52,995 nt of DNA from Planctomycetota bacterium (GTDB lineage: Bacteria; Planctomycetota; UBA8742; UBA2392), in the NCBI GenBank assembly GCA_020425515.1, contig JAGQRI010000023.1, forward strand, positions 4,467 through 57,461. Direction: 5' to 3'. Below, in pieces: positions 26,213 to 36,226 of the stretch. Made by a program: the position numbers and the translations under genes. Positions within the stretch are counted from its first letter, which is position 1. The number at the start of each line of letters is the position of its first letter. The notes beneath the pieces were generated by a model. The model did no database searches and was not told the origin of the DNA. It saw nothing but the letters and a program-made list of their open reading frames with translations.

Positions 26213-27188
26213 AGTACTCATCATCGGCGCGGGGAGTTGGGGCACGGCGTTCGGCGTGCTACTGGCCGGCGCGGGCCACAACGTCACGCTGTATGAGCGC
26301 CTGCCTGAATACGCGCGCGAGATGGCCGCCAAGCGCCAGAACCCGACTTTCCTGCCGGACATCCCGTTCCCGGAAAGCCTGCAGGTCAGCAACGAACTCG
26401 ACGGGTTGGAGCGCTTCCAGTGGTGCATTAGCGCCGTGCCCACGCGTTTTGTACGCAGCGAATTCACGCGCCTGGCCGAGCACTACCCGGCCGACCTGCC
26501 GCTGGTCAGTCTCAGCAAAGGCATTGAGCAGGAGACGCTGAAGTTCCCAACACAGGTCCTGGCCGAGTGCACCAGCGCGAAACACCTGCTGTGCCTGTCC
26601 GGCCCCAGCCACGCCGAGGAAGTCGCGCGCGGGCTGCCCGCCGTGGTGGTAAGTGCCGGTGACGAATCGCGTGCACAGGCATTGGCTGAACTGGTCAGCA
26701 CGCCCAGCTTCCGCGTCTATTACAGCACCGACCTCGCCGGGGTAGAGCTGTCAGGCGCGGCCAAGAACGTGGTGGCGATCGCGGCGGGAATCGTTGACGG
26801 ACTCAAGCTTGGCGACAACGCGAAGGCGGCGCTGATTGCGCGCGGACTCGCCGAAATCGTCCGTTTGGGTTTGGCAACGGGCGCCGAGGAACGCACGTTC
26901 AGTGGTTTGAGCGGCATCGGCGATCTGTTCACGACCTGTACATCGATGCACGGGCGCAACCTGCGGTTCGGACGCCGCATCGGCGAGGGCGAGAAGCCGG
27001 ACGAGATCATCGCCTCGATGCAGATGGTCGTGGAAGGCTACAATACGGCCCGCGCGCTGCGTGAGCTTGCCAGGCAACAGAATGTCGAAATGCCGATCTG
27101 TGAAGAAGTCTGCAACGTAATCTATGATGGCGCCGACGCACGCGAAGCGGTTACGCGCTTGATGACACGGTCGCTGAAAGCAGAGTGA
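26205..27188 (+). CDS. gpsA: NAD(P)H-dependent glycerol-3-phosphate dehydrogenase
   Basis: MAEVLIIGAGSWGTAFGVLLA (Rossmann fold), KGIE, GPSHAEEV, NVVAIAAGI and EGYNTA are present. The start overlaps plsY by 8 nt. Confidence 0.95.
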   Translation: MAEVLIIGAGSWGTAFGVLLAGAGHNVTLYERLPEYAREMAAKRQNPTFLPDIPFPESLQVSNELDGLERFQWCISAVPTRFVRSEFTRLAEHYPADLPLVSLSKGIEQETLKFPTQVLAECTSAKHLLCLSGPSHAEEVARGLPAVVVSAGDESRAQALAELVSTPSFRVYYSTDLAGVELSGAAKNVVAIAAGIVDGLKLGDNAKAALIARGLAEIVRLGLATGAEERTFSGLSGIGDLFTTCTSMHGRNLRFGRRIGEGEKPDEIIASMQMVVEGYNTARALRELARQQNVEMPICEEVCNVIYDGADAREAVTRLMTRSLKAE

Positions 27189-27201
27189 CCGCGGGGGGAA
27201 C

Positions 27202-27444
27202 ATGACGACCAAACACCTGCTGACGGTCGAGCTAGCGCCGGCCTACGACGTGGTTCACATTTGCGGTGACAAAGAAGGGCTCGAAGCGCTGGCCAATGCG
27301 CTGCTGGAAGTCGCCAAGAAGGGCGGCGAAAGGCTGCTGGCAACAGAGGCCCACGACGGCCACGACCTAAGCCAGGCCAGCCAGCTGCAGGCCGCCCGGC
27401 TCGTGCACCGGCTCAGCATCCACAACGTGAAAAAGAAGAAGTAG
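27202..27444 (+). CDS. Small hypothetical protein (80 aa)
   Basis: ORF 14 nt after gpsA, ending in KKKK. I recognise no motif. Confidence 0.5.
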   Translation: MTTKHLLTVELAPAYDVVHICGDKEGLEALANALLEVAKKGGERLLATEAHDGHDLSQASQLQAARLVHRLSIHNVKKKK

Positions 27445-27460
27445 CAGCCGCCTCCGGCAG

Positions 27461-28498
27461 TTACTTCTGGATGCAGCCGTGTGTGTAGTGGAAGAGACTG
27501 CTTGGCACGGCACGCTCCAGCACCGTCTCCTCTACGGCGATGCGCAACAGCCCCCAGGCTCGGGTATCGAACGGGGTGCGCCAGAACTGGAACCTGTCGT
27601 GGCGCTCCATACTGCCGAGATCGCCGCGTGAGATGGATAGCCACGAGCTGAATCGCGAGTATCCTCCCGGCCAGTTATACACCGCCGTTGTCCGGGGCTG
27701 CGTCAACGACCATCGGCGATCCTCATCGTAAATGGAAAGTGAGATTTCTGTATCGAAGGGGTTGGCGATCCTCGCGCTCAATCGCGTACCTTTGTCGTCA
27801 ATTTGTCCGAAATCGTAGGTCACCGAAGACCAGGTGTGCACCGTGTCGTTTCCGGTGGCAGAAGCCGGTTTTTGCGGTTGTCCTTGCTCGGTAGATTTCA
27901 GGGACTTGCTGTCAGCGGGGTTGGAGCCGAGGCCGTAGGGAATCAGGAACCAATGGCGTTCCTTCAACATGTCAATCCGGACCCAGTAGTCTTCAAAGTC
28001 GGCTGGGAGATAGTCGAAGAAGATCATCATGTCACCGGATGTTCCTAGCCCACCACCGACCCAGAAACCGATCACCGGCTCGCCGTTGGTTGGCTTGCGC
28101 ACGACCTTGTCTGCGAGAATGATGGCGGCCTGAACATCCCCCTTTTCGGGCGACTTGTGCTTTGCGCGTTCTTCATCGGAAGCCATGGTGCCTGGGCCGC
28201 TCCACACAAGGTCGAAGCGGAGCCTGTCTTCCTTGTCTTGCGACAGACTGACAGAACAAGGACCCCACGGGGTTTTCGTGCTCGAATACTGGATCTCTTC
28301 AAAATTGTGCGGGGCTTTCTGAACGGCGTCAGTTGATACCGTGTCATTCTCGCGGAATTGCCCTCTCGGCCACCAGTCGCCCCACGTATCTACAGGCGCC
28401 TTGGAAGCCTCTTGGCCAAAGGTGTGTTGTGGGGAACGCTGGCCGACGGCAAAGAGCAGCAGGGCTACCAAAACCAGCATGAATGCGCGTTTGGACAT
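27461..28498 (-). CDS. Secreted hypothetical protein, Trp/Asp-rich, in a lower-GC segment
   Basis: Signal peptide MSKRAFMLVLVALLLFAVG and no recognisable domain. Two 60-nt lines I counted (27721-27840) are 50% GC, below the 60-65% I estimate by eye for the rest of the window. Confidence 0.7.
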   Translation of the reverse strand: MSKRAFMLVLVALLLFAVGQRSPQHTFGQEASKAPVDTWGDWWPRGQFRENDTVSTDAVQKAPHNFEEIQYSSTKTPWGPCSVSLSQDKEDRLRFDLVWSGPGTMASDEERAKHKSPEKGDVQAAIILADKVVRKPTNGEPVIGFWVGGGLGTSGDMMIFFDYLPADFEDYWVRIDMLKERHWFLIPYGLGSNPADSKSLKSTEQGQPQKPASATGNDTVHTWSSVTYDFGQIDDKGTRLSARIANPFDTEISLSIYDEDRRWSLTQPRTTAVYNWPGGYSRFSSWLSISRGDLGSMERHDRFQFWRTPFDTRAWGLLRIAVEETVLERAVPSSLFHYTHGCIQK

Positions 28499-28571
28499 GA
28501 CGCCTCGGTAGTCAGAGGTTTTCGCCAGCCTATCACAGAAGCGCGTGATCGGTTTCCCAAAAACGTGGGGC

Positions 28572-29504
28572 CTAGCCCTTTGCGGCGATGGCTTCCTTGG
28601 CGGCTTTTACGATGTCCGCTACGTGGACGCCGTACTTGCGCCACAGGCTGTCGGGGTCACCGCTTTCGCCAAAGGTGTCCAGCGTGCCGATGAAGCGTAC
28701 AGGCGTGGGATGGGTGCGCGCGAGCGTTTCCGCTACCGCGCCGCCGAGACCGCCGATTACGTTGTGGTCCTCCGCCGTGACCACCGCGCCGCAGGCCTTT
28801 GCGAGCTTCACCAGCAGCTCTTCGTCGAGCGGCTTGATGGTGTGGAAGTCCGCCACGGCTGCATTGATGCCATCCTTCTTCAATTCTTCCGCGGCCTCGA
28901 CGGCGAAGCCTACTTGCGGGCCGCACGCGACGATTGCTACGTCGCTGCCCTCGCGCAGCAGTTTTGCCTTGCCGATCTCAAACTGTTCGCCGTCCTGGTA
29001 GACGTCGGTCACCTTGGGGCGCCCGAGGCGCAGGTAGCACGGCCCCTTGTGCGCGGCGACCGCCTTGGTCAGCCCGAACGCCGAGGCGTAATCCGCGGCG
29101 ACACACACCGTCATGTTGGGGATCACGCGCATCAACGCGATGTCTTCAAGCGACTGGTGGCTCGCGCCGTCCTCACCTACGCCGAGCCCGCTGTGCGTGC
29201 AGGCGATTTTCACATTGAGTGACGGGTAGCCGATCGTGTTGCGGACGCTCTCCCATGCGCGGCCCGTGCCGAACATGGCGAAGGTGGTCGCAAAGGGAAT
29301 CTTGCCGGCGGTGCTCATGCCGGCGGCGACGTCGGTCATGTTGGCTTCGGCTACGCCCATCTGGAAGAAGCGGTCGGGGAACTCCTTGGCGAACTCACCG
29401 GTCTTGACCGAGCCGCCAAGGTCGGCGGTCAGGGCCACGATTTCCGGGTTTTCGCGTCCCAGTTCGAGCAGGGCTTTCCCAAAGGCATCACGTGTCGCGC
29501 GCAT
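28572..29504 (-). CDS. Transketolase-family protein, C-terminal (pyrimidine-binding plus C-terminal domain) subunit of a split enzyme
   Basis: ATG at 29504 follows GGAGA. MRATRDAFGKALLELG, ADLGGS, FFQMGVAEANM, FATTFAMF and EDGASHQ are present. It has no TPP-binding N-domain. Confidence 0.9.
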   Translation of the reverse strand: MRATRDAFGKALLELGRENPEIVALTADLGGSVKTGEFAKEFPDRFFQMGVAEANMTDVAAGMSTAGKIPFATTFAMFGTGRAWESVRNTIGYPSLNVKIACTHSGLGVGEDGASHQSLEDIALMRVIPNMTVCVAADYASAFGLTKAVAAHKGPCYLRLGRPKVTDVYQDGEQFEIGKAKLLREGSDVAIVACGPQVGFAVEAAEELKKDGINAAVADFHTIKPLDEELLVKLAKACGAVVTAEDHNVIGGLGGAVAETLARTHPTPVRFIGTLDTFGESGDPDSLWRKYGVHVADIVKAAKEAIAAKG

Positions 29505-29571
29505 GGCTGTCTCCGTCAGGTGCGGGCAGTGTAGGCGTGCGCGGGCAGCCCGCAACCATGTCAATAAATCG

Positions 29572-30945
29572 TTAGGAAGTGGCTGATGCAGGCCCGGGTT
29601 GAGGCTTCTTCACCAGCGCCAGAAACAGAATGCCAAGCAGCAGCGGCCCGGCTTGCGCGCCTATCGCGACCTTCCAGCCAGTGAGATCGCTGCCGGTCTG
29701 TTTGCTGACGACATCCTGCAGCACGCCCACAACGGCGCTGCCGATCACGCTCAGCTTGGTGGTGATGCCGTACAGCCCGAAGTACTCCCCCACCTTTTCG
29801 CGCGGACTGAGCTCGATCAGCAGCTTGCGCCCGGCGGTCCAGATGCCGCTGAGCCCGAGCCCGCCGAAGCCGCAAATGCCGATCAGGTAACCCAGGACCG
29901 TTTCGCCGGCTGCGAAGGCGGCGCCCAGCAGGCCGAGCACGAGGCATGCCGCCGAGAACCGTAACATGCGCAATGAGCCAAGCTTGTCGGTAAGGAAGCC
30001 CAGCGTGATTCCGAACACCAGTGCCAGCCCGTTAAGGGTCAGGCCTGCCAGCATCAGCAGCCCGACCTCCGATTCGATGACGTGGCCGAAAATCTTCGCT
30101 TCACCGGCGTTGATGGAAGGCGCGAAACTGGTGCGGGTCAGGTCGCCGAAGAAGAGAATGGCTGTGTTCAGCACGTCCACGCAGAAGAAGTTCCCCAGCA
30201 GGAACCACATCACCGACCTGTTCTTCGGCAGCGACTTCAGCGTCTTGATGACCGCGCCGAAACTGGATTTGACCAGCTTCAAGCTGAAGCGTTCGCTCAC
30301 GAGCACGCGGCGCTCTTTCACAAACACGAAGCTCGGCAGAGCGAACAACAGAAACATGCCCGCAGTAAGGTAGAAGGTCGCTCGCGGGCCGATCGATTCC
30401 TGCAACGGCAGGACGACAATCAGCGTTACCAGCGTACCGACATAGCCAAGCCCGACGCCAAGCCCGGAAACCAACCCCTGGTTCCGGTCTGCGGCGACGC
30501 TCGGCAGCAGCGCGTTGTAGAACACCAGAGAGCCGTTGTAGGCAAGGTTCGCGACGAAGAACGCAATCATCAGCGGCACCAGCGCCGTGGATGCACCAAA
30601 CAGCGCCATCGGGATGATGCAGGCCATGGTGGCGACGATCAGGTAGGTCCGGCAGCGACCTGTTCGGTCGCCGGCGGCCGCGAACAGCGGTACCAGCATC
30701 CCCGCACAGACCATGCTTGCGCTGGAGACGATTCCTACCAGCCCGCGCGATTCGAACAGCTCAGCCAGGTAGGGCACGAAAATGAAAGTCAGGGTGGCGA
30801 CGTACACGGTATTGGCGAGGTCGTACAGCACCCATGAAGCGGCCGGCACGGGCAGGGTTTTCTCGAGATAGCCGACCTCGGGCGCGCGTGCCGTATGCTC
30901 GCCGGTTTCGAGCGGCGGCGGAGAAATCGGGACCGAGTCAGGCAT
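29572..30945 (-). CDS. MFS transporter (Atg22/UMF1-like)
   Basis: 457 aa with about 12 hydrophobic segments. The N-terminal SWVLYDLANTVY motif is typical of the UMF1/Atg22-like MFS group as I remember it. Confidence 0.8.
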   Translation of the reverse strand: MPDSVPISPPPLETGEHTARAPEVGYLEKTLPVPAASWVLYDLANTVYVATLTFIFVPYLAELFESRGLVGIVSSASMVCAGMLVPLFAAAGDRTGRCRTYLIVATMACIIPMALFGASTALVPLMIAFFVANLAYNGSLVFYNALLPSVAADRNQGLVSGLGVGLGYVGTLVTLIVVLPLQESIGPRATFYLTAGMFLLFALPSFVFVKERRVLVSERFSLKLVKSSFGAVIKTLKSLPKNRSVMWFLLGNFFCVDVLNTAILFFGDLTRTSFAPSINAGEAKIFGHVIESEVGLLMLAGLTLNGLALVFGITLGFLTDKLGSLRMLRFSAACLVLGLLGAAFAAGETVLGYLIGICGFGGLGLSGIWTAGRKLLIELSPREKVGEYFGLYGITTKLSVIGSAVVGVLQDVVSKQTGSDLTGWKVAIGAQAGPLLLGILFLALVKKPQPGPASATS

Positions 30946-31024
30946 TGCCCGGAAGATTACCTGCGGTGGTTAAAAGAGACAGTCCCCACTTCGCGAAGAA
31001 GCGGGGACCGCGTTTTGAATATGC

Positions 31025-31234
31025 CTAGCTGGTGAAGCTGTCGCTGACCTGTGCGTGGCGGTTCGACTCGGTCTGGACCTGGTCGTTGAAGTCGATGACT
31101 TCCTTTTCGGTGAAGAACTGGCGCTCGCGTTTGCGGGTCTGGAACCAGGCGCCTTTGACGCCCTGGCTGATGCCCTGCTCGACGTAGTCGAGTTCGCGGA
31201 TGGCGCAGAACCTTGCCACTTTTTCGGCGTTCAC
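31025..31234 (-). CDS. Small hypothetical protein (69 aa)
   Basis: ATG preceded by GGGAGAG at 5-nt spacing. The codon composition looks plausible, but there is no recognisable motif. Confidence 0.4.
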   Translation of the reverse strand: MNAEKVARFCAIRELDYVEQGISQGVKGAWFQTRKRERQFFTEKEVIDFNDQVQTESNRHAQVSDSFTS

Positions 31235-31388
31235 GTTCGCTCTCCCGGCTGGAACTGCCTTAACCAGTACCGTGTGATCCTAACCGAGTCAAAGGCGTTT
31301 ACTGACACTGCCTTAATAAATCTGCATAACGCCAGACGGTCCAGCACTTGGGACGTTTTCAACGCCCTCCAAAAGTTATCCCCAACAC

Positions 31389-32591
<1,203 letters not shown>

Positions 32592-32599
32592 GTCTCGTC

Positions 32600-33442
32600 T
32601 CAGGTCGTCTTGAGTCTGGGTTCAACGCTGTCGTAGCTGCCGACCATCTGCAGATAGGTCGTGTGCTTTCGAAGCTCGGCCATGGCGGTGCGAATCTTGG
32701 TGTCTTCGTAGCGACCGGGGAATTCGACGAACACGGTGTAGTCCCACTTGTTGGTCCGGTTGGGACGCGCGAAGACGGAAGTCAGGTTGATTTCGTTGCT
32801 TCGGAAGGCCGCCAGCGCATCCATCAGCGCGCCGGGCTGGTGCTTGAGTTCGAACATCACGGTCGTGCGCACGTCCGCGGCGTCGTCCGGCGGCAGTTGC
32901 TTGTCCTTGGTCAGCGCGATGAAGCGGGTCACGCCGGTCACCGAGTTCTCGATGCTGGGCTGAAGTACTTTCAGCCCGAAGATGCTGGCCGCGAAGTCAC
33001 CGCAGACCGTGGCCTCGGTGGCGTCGCCGCGCTGGACCATTGCCGCCAATGACTCGGCGCTGTCGTAGCGCGCGATGATCTCGATATCTTTCTGCATGCT
33101 CAGGTACGTGCTGCACATGTTCAGGATCGCGGGGTGTGCGTAGACGCGCTTTACGCCGCCGTCGGCGTCCTTCTGGCCGGCGAGGTTGTAGCGCTCGTGA
33201 AAATGGATCTCGCGCGCGAAGTAGACGCGGGTGGCGCGCAGCAGGTCGAGGATATCGTAGCTCATGCCGCGTTCGCTGTTTTCGACACGGACGACGCCGT
33301 ATTGCACCTGCTCGTCGGCAAGCGCGTCGAACACGCCTTGGGCCGTGTTGGACGGGACGGTGGCGATGTCGCGGTCGGCGAACATCCATGCTGCGGCAGC
33401 CTCGGCATATGAGCCTCGCTGCCCGTGGAAAGCGATCTTCAC
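32600..33442 (-). CDS. pheA: Prephenate dehydratase with C-terminal ACT domain
   Basis: MKIAFHGQRGSYAEAAA, TRF and the ACT region TTVMFELKHQPGALMDALAAF with ESRP-like FARP are present. There is no chorismate mutase domain. Confidence 0.9.
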   Translation of the reverse strand: MKIAFHGQRGSYAEAAAAWMFADRDIATVPSNTAQGVFDALADEQVQYGVVRVENSERGMSYDILDLLRATRVYFAREIHFHERYNLAGQKDADGGVKRVYAHPAILNMCSTYLSMQKDIEIIARYDSAESLAAMVQRGDATEATVCGDFAASIFGLKVLQPSIENSVTGVTRFIALTKDKQLPPDDAADVRTTVMFELKHQPGALMDALAAFRSNEINLTSVFARPNRTNKWDYTVFVEFPGRYEDTKIRTAMAELRKHTTYLQMVGSYDSVEPRLKTT

Positions 33443-33490
33443 GGCGTATCTCCTGTGTGTGCCGGCAATTTAGCAGCCGTCCACGGGAAG

Positions 33491-35101
33491 TCAGCCCCCG
33501 ATGCGAATGCTGTGCATGCCCAGCCAGGCCAGGGAATTCACGACGTCGAAGAAGGTCTGGACCGGCTCGTCCCGCGGCATTTTGACAAACAGCGCCTCGG
33601 GGTCCTGTTTGCGCTCGGTGGCCCAGCGCGCGAGGGTCGAAGGGAACGATGCGCCCGTTGTGTTGCGCTTTTCGCCGTCCAGGAGCATCTCGATGCGGTA
33701 GTCCGCCTCGACGACGGCGCCCACGCGATCGACCTGCACGGCGGCCAGTTTGTCTTGTGCCGGGTCTTCACCGGCCGGGCGGCTGAGATCCAGCAGGCGC
33801 AGCGTCGGTCCCAGGATGTCGCTGGTCACGACCAACACCCGCCCGCAGAGGGAAAGGCGCGCCATCTCCAGGACGGCCAGCAGAGTTTCCCAGCGGGCTT
33901 CGCGGGCAATGCACAGCAGCACCTGCAAGTCGCTCTTGCCCGTGTCGAAGTCGACTTCTCCGGCGTTGCGCTGCATGGCCTGCACGACCTCCTGGTCGTC
34001 GCTGTGCTGCGTCCAGTCTGGTGCTTCGCGGGTGCGGGTGGCGTACTTTCCGTCCGCGGTTGCGCGAATTGCCAGCAGCGGCAAATCTGCATCGAGCGTA
34101 GCCGCCGGCGGCAGCCCGCGGTCGGCGGCTGATGCGCGCCAGAAGTCCGACATGGTCGGCGGCTGGATGTCCTTCGCGACGCCGAGCTTATCCTCGAAGA
34201 CAGCCAGCTCGCGGCGCGCTTTGACGACTTCGGGCGCGTCGGGTTTCGCCTCAAGCACCGGCCAGAACGGCTCCACGTCGCTGTAGCCGACAGGCGCGAG
34301 CAGGTTGGCGGCGTCGGCAAAGTCTCCGACATTCGCTTCGCCCGGCAACTCGAACTGCACGCGGGTCGCACGTGCCTTGAAGAAATCCAGTTTGCCCTTC
34401 ACGCCGCCGCGCCAGTCTTCGCCGCTGAAGACAACCTGCTCGCCCGGCGTGCTGGCCCACGCGAGCCCGACCTTGGTTTCCTCGCCGGATTCCTCGCTGA
34501 ATCGCAGCGTGACTTCGGCAGCCTTTTTCGGCAGCGTGTACCACTCATTGAAGACCTGCTCGACGTCGACTTTCAGCGGCAGCAGGCGGAAGGCGTTGTC
34601 GCGATTGTCGTGGGTGACCAGCCACAGGTTGCGTACCTGCAGGTCCACGAGTTCGCGGCACAGTTTCAGCAGCGACGTGTACGGCGCCCGGGCGTCGGCG
34701 AACAGGACCAGCGCCGCGCCGGTTGCCTTTTCTTCTTCATTCCATTCGCGTTTGGCGAGCGTCTCCATACCGGAACTGATGCCTGCCAGCGACTGCGAGC
34801 GGAACTCACCGTCGCGATATTCGGCGAAGCCGCCGTCCGCCCCGAGACGTACCACTTTGACAGCGCGCTCGCCGATGGCGGCCTTGACCGGGTAGATATT
34901 GCCGTTGCGGGTTTCAGCGAGCGTCCAGTACGCCGTGAAATCCGGCAACTGCATGCCCTCTGCAAGCTTGCCGGTATCGAATGCGACCAGCCGGGAGACC
35001 TTGCCGGTCGGGGTGACTGTGGAATTGCCGGCGTCGTTGCCGCTGCCGCAAGCCGCCAGCAGAAGCGCCAAGGCAATCAGGGGGATTGGGGTATGCCTCA
35101 C
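33491..35101 (-). CDS. Lipoprotein containing three ExbD/TolR-like repeats
   Basis: GTG start overlaps the upstream stop (GTGA). Lipobox LLLAAC. Three segments each align by eye to the ExbD core TIFFRGDKTVDYETLMKVMDTLHQAGYLKIGLV. They are ALVLFADARAPYTSLLKLCRELVDLQVRNLWLV, LQVLLCIAREARWETLLAVLEMARLSLCGRVLVV and ALFVKMPRDEPVQTFFDVVNSLAWLGMHSIRIG. Confidence 0.7.
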   Translation of the reverse strand: MRHTPIPLIALALLLAACGSGNDAGNSTVTPTGKVSRLVAFDTGKLAEGMQLPDFTAYWTLAETRNGNIYPVKAAIGERAVKVVRLGADGGFAEYRDGEFRSQSLAGISSGMETLAKREWNEEEKATGAALVLFADARAPYTSLLKLCRELVDLQVRNLWLVTHDNRDNAFRLLPLKVDVEQVFNEWYTLPKKAAEVTLRFSEESGEETKVGLAWASTPGEQVVFSGEDWRGGVKGKLDFFKARATRVQFELPGEANVGDFADAANLLAPVGYSDVEPFWPVLEAKPDAPEVVKARRELAVFEDKLGVAKDIQPPTMSDFWRASAADRGLPPAATLDADLPLLAIRATADGKYATRTREAPDWTQHSDDQEVVQAMQRNAGEVDFDTGKSDLQVLLCIAREARWETLLAVLEMARLSLCGRVLVVTSDILGPTLRLLDLSRPAGEDPAQDKLAAVQVDRVGAVVEADYRIEMLLDGEKRNTTGASFPSTLARWATERKQDPEALFVKMPRDEPVQTFFDVVNSLAWLGMHSIRIGG

Positions 35102-35475
35102 TTGCCGGCGTCCTTTGCCTCGCCGCTGGCTTGTACCCAGATCATCTTGAGTTCGCTGATGAGGCTGTCGAGCGTGGTTTGTTCGTCGTCCTTGAGGTTC
35201 CCGGCGGTCTTTTCCTTCAGCATGGCCAGCACGTCGATCACGTAGCGAGCCTGCCTGAAGTCGACTTCCGCCTGGCCGGTCATGGGGTTGGCGATGGCGC
35301 CCATGAAGATCATCGCCTGGGTGGCAAGCGAGGCACAGTGGGTGATGAAATCGGCGGGCGGCAGTTCGCGCTCGTCTCCGCCGACTTCCTCGGCCAGTTG
35401 TTCCTTTTCTTTCTCCGCCTGCTCTTTCCAGTCGGAATCCACGATGATCTTGGGTTTGTCGTTTTCGTCGCTCAT
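35098..35475 (-). CDS. DUF1844-family protein
   Basis: 125 aa. LPPADFITHCASLATQAMIFMG, NPMTGQAEVDFRQARYVIDVLAMLKEKTAGNL matches my memory of the DUF1844 consensus. It is overlap-coupled to both neighbours. Confidence 0.7.
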   Translation of the reverse strand: MSDENDKPKIIVDSDWKEQAEKEKEQLAEEVGGDERELPPADFITHCASLATQAMIFMGAIANPMTGQAEVDFRQARYVIDVLAMLKEKTAGNLKDDEQTTLDSLISELKMIWVQASGEAKDAGK

Positions 35476-36092
35476 TACTCGCCGTACTTGTGTGTGAGTT
35501 GGTCTTCCTTCATCCGGGTACCCTTTGAGCTCGGCTCGGTGGACCCGCCGTGTTTGTGCTCGCCGTAAGCGGCCTCGAAACGTCCCATCAGGGCCGCGAC
35601 TTCGTAGTTGTCAGGCCCGTCGTAGTACCAGTCCGAATCCAGCGGGCGCTTGATGTCGCTGCGTCGCTCGAGTCGCACGGCGATGCCGATACGGGTCTGC
35701 TCGAGTTCGGACTTCTTCTTGAGGTCGCCTTCCATTTCGCGGATGCGTTCGCCGTCTTCTTCGCTCAGCGGCTGGTACTCGTACGGCTTGCGCTCGGAGT
35801 ACAGGGTGGTGATCTTGACGTATGCCTTGCGGCGCATGTCGTTGCCCGGGTAGGGGCTGCCTACCTGGCGCTGGTTCCAGTCGGTCTCGAGGTAAACCTC
35901 AGGCAGGTCGTTGACGTAGTTCTCTTCGATATTCGTGACCGTGTACCCTTCCTGGTTCAGGATGGACACGGCGGACTGGTAGGCCTGTTCGCGGCTGATC
36001 GAGAATTCCTGGTACGAGTACTCTTTGTATTCGGCGCAGCCGGCCAGCAGGCCCAGCAAAAGCGCCAGGGCGGGTATCTGGAATCGTTTCAC
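35475..36092 (-). CDS. Hypothetical lipoprotein
   Basis: I prefer GTG at 36092, giving (M)KRFQIPALALLLGLLAGC with a lipobox. The track's ATG at 36149 is an alternative. The stop overlaps the DUF1844 start (TAATG). Confidence 0.65.
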   Translation of the reverse strand: MKRFQIPALALLLGLLAGCAEYKEYSYQEFSISREQAYQSAVSILNQEGYTVTNIEENYVNDLPEVYLETDWNQRQVGSPYPGNDMRRKAYVKITTLYSERKPYEYQPLSEEDGERIREMEGDLKKKSELEQTRIGIAVRLERRSDIKRPLDSDWYYDGPDNYEVAALMGRFEAAYGEHKHGGSTEPSSKGTRMKEDQLTHKYGE

Positions 36093-36226
36093 TGCAAGGA
36101 CCCTCTTCGGGGATACTGCGGGGTTCGGTGCTGAGTCTACCTGCCCCACATCCCTTCAACAACCGTGCGCGGGGCTTGGAACGGGCATTTGCGCTGCTAG
36201 ACTTGAGCCAGGAGAGCGGTACCCAT

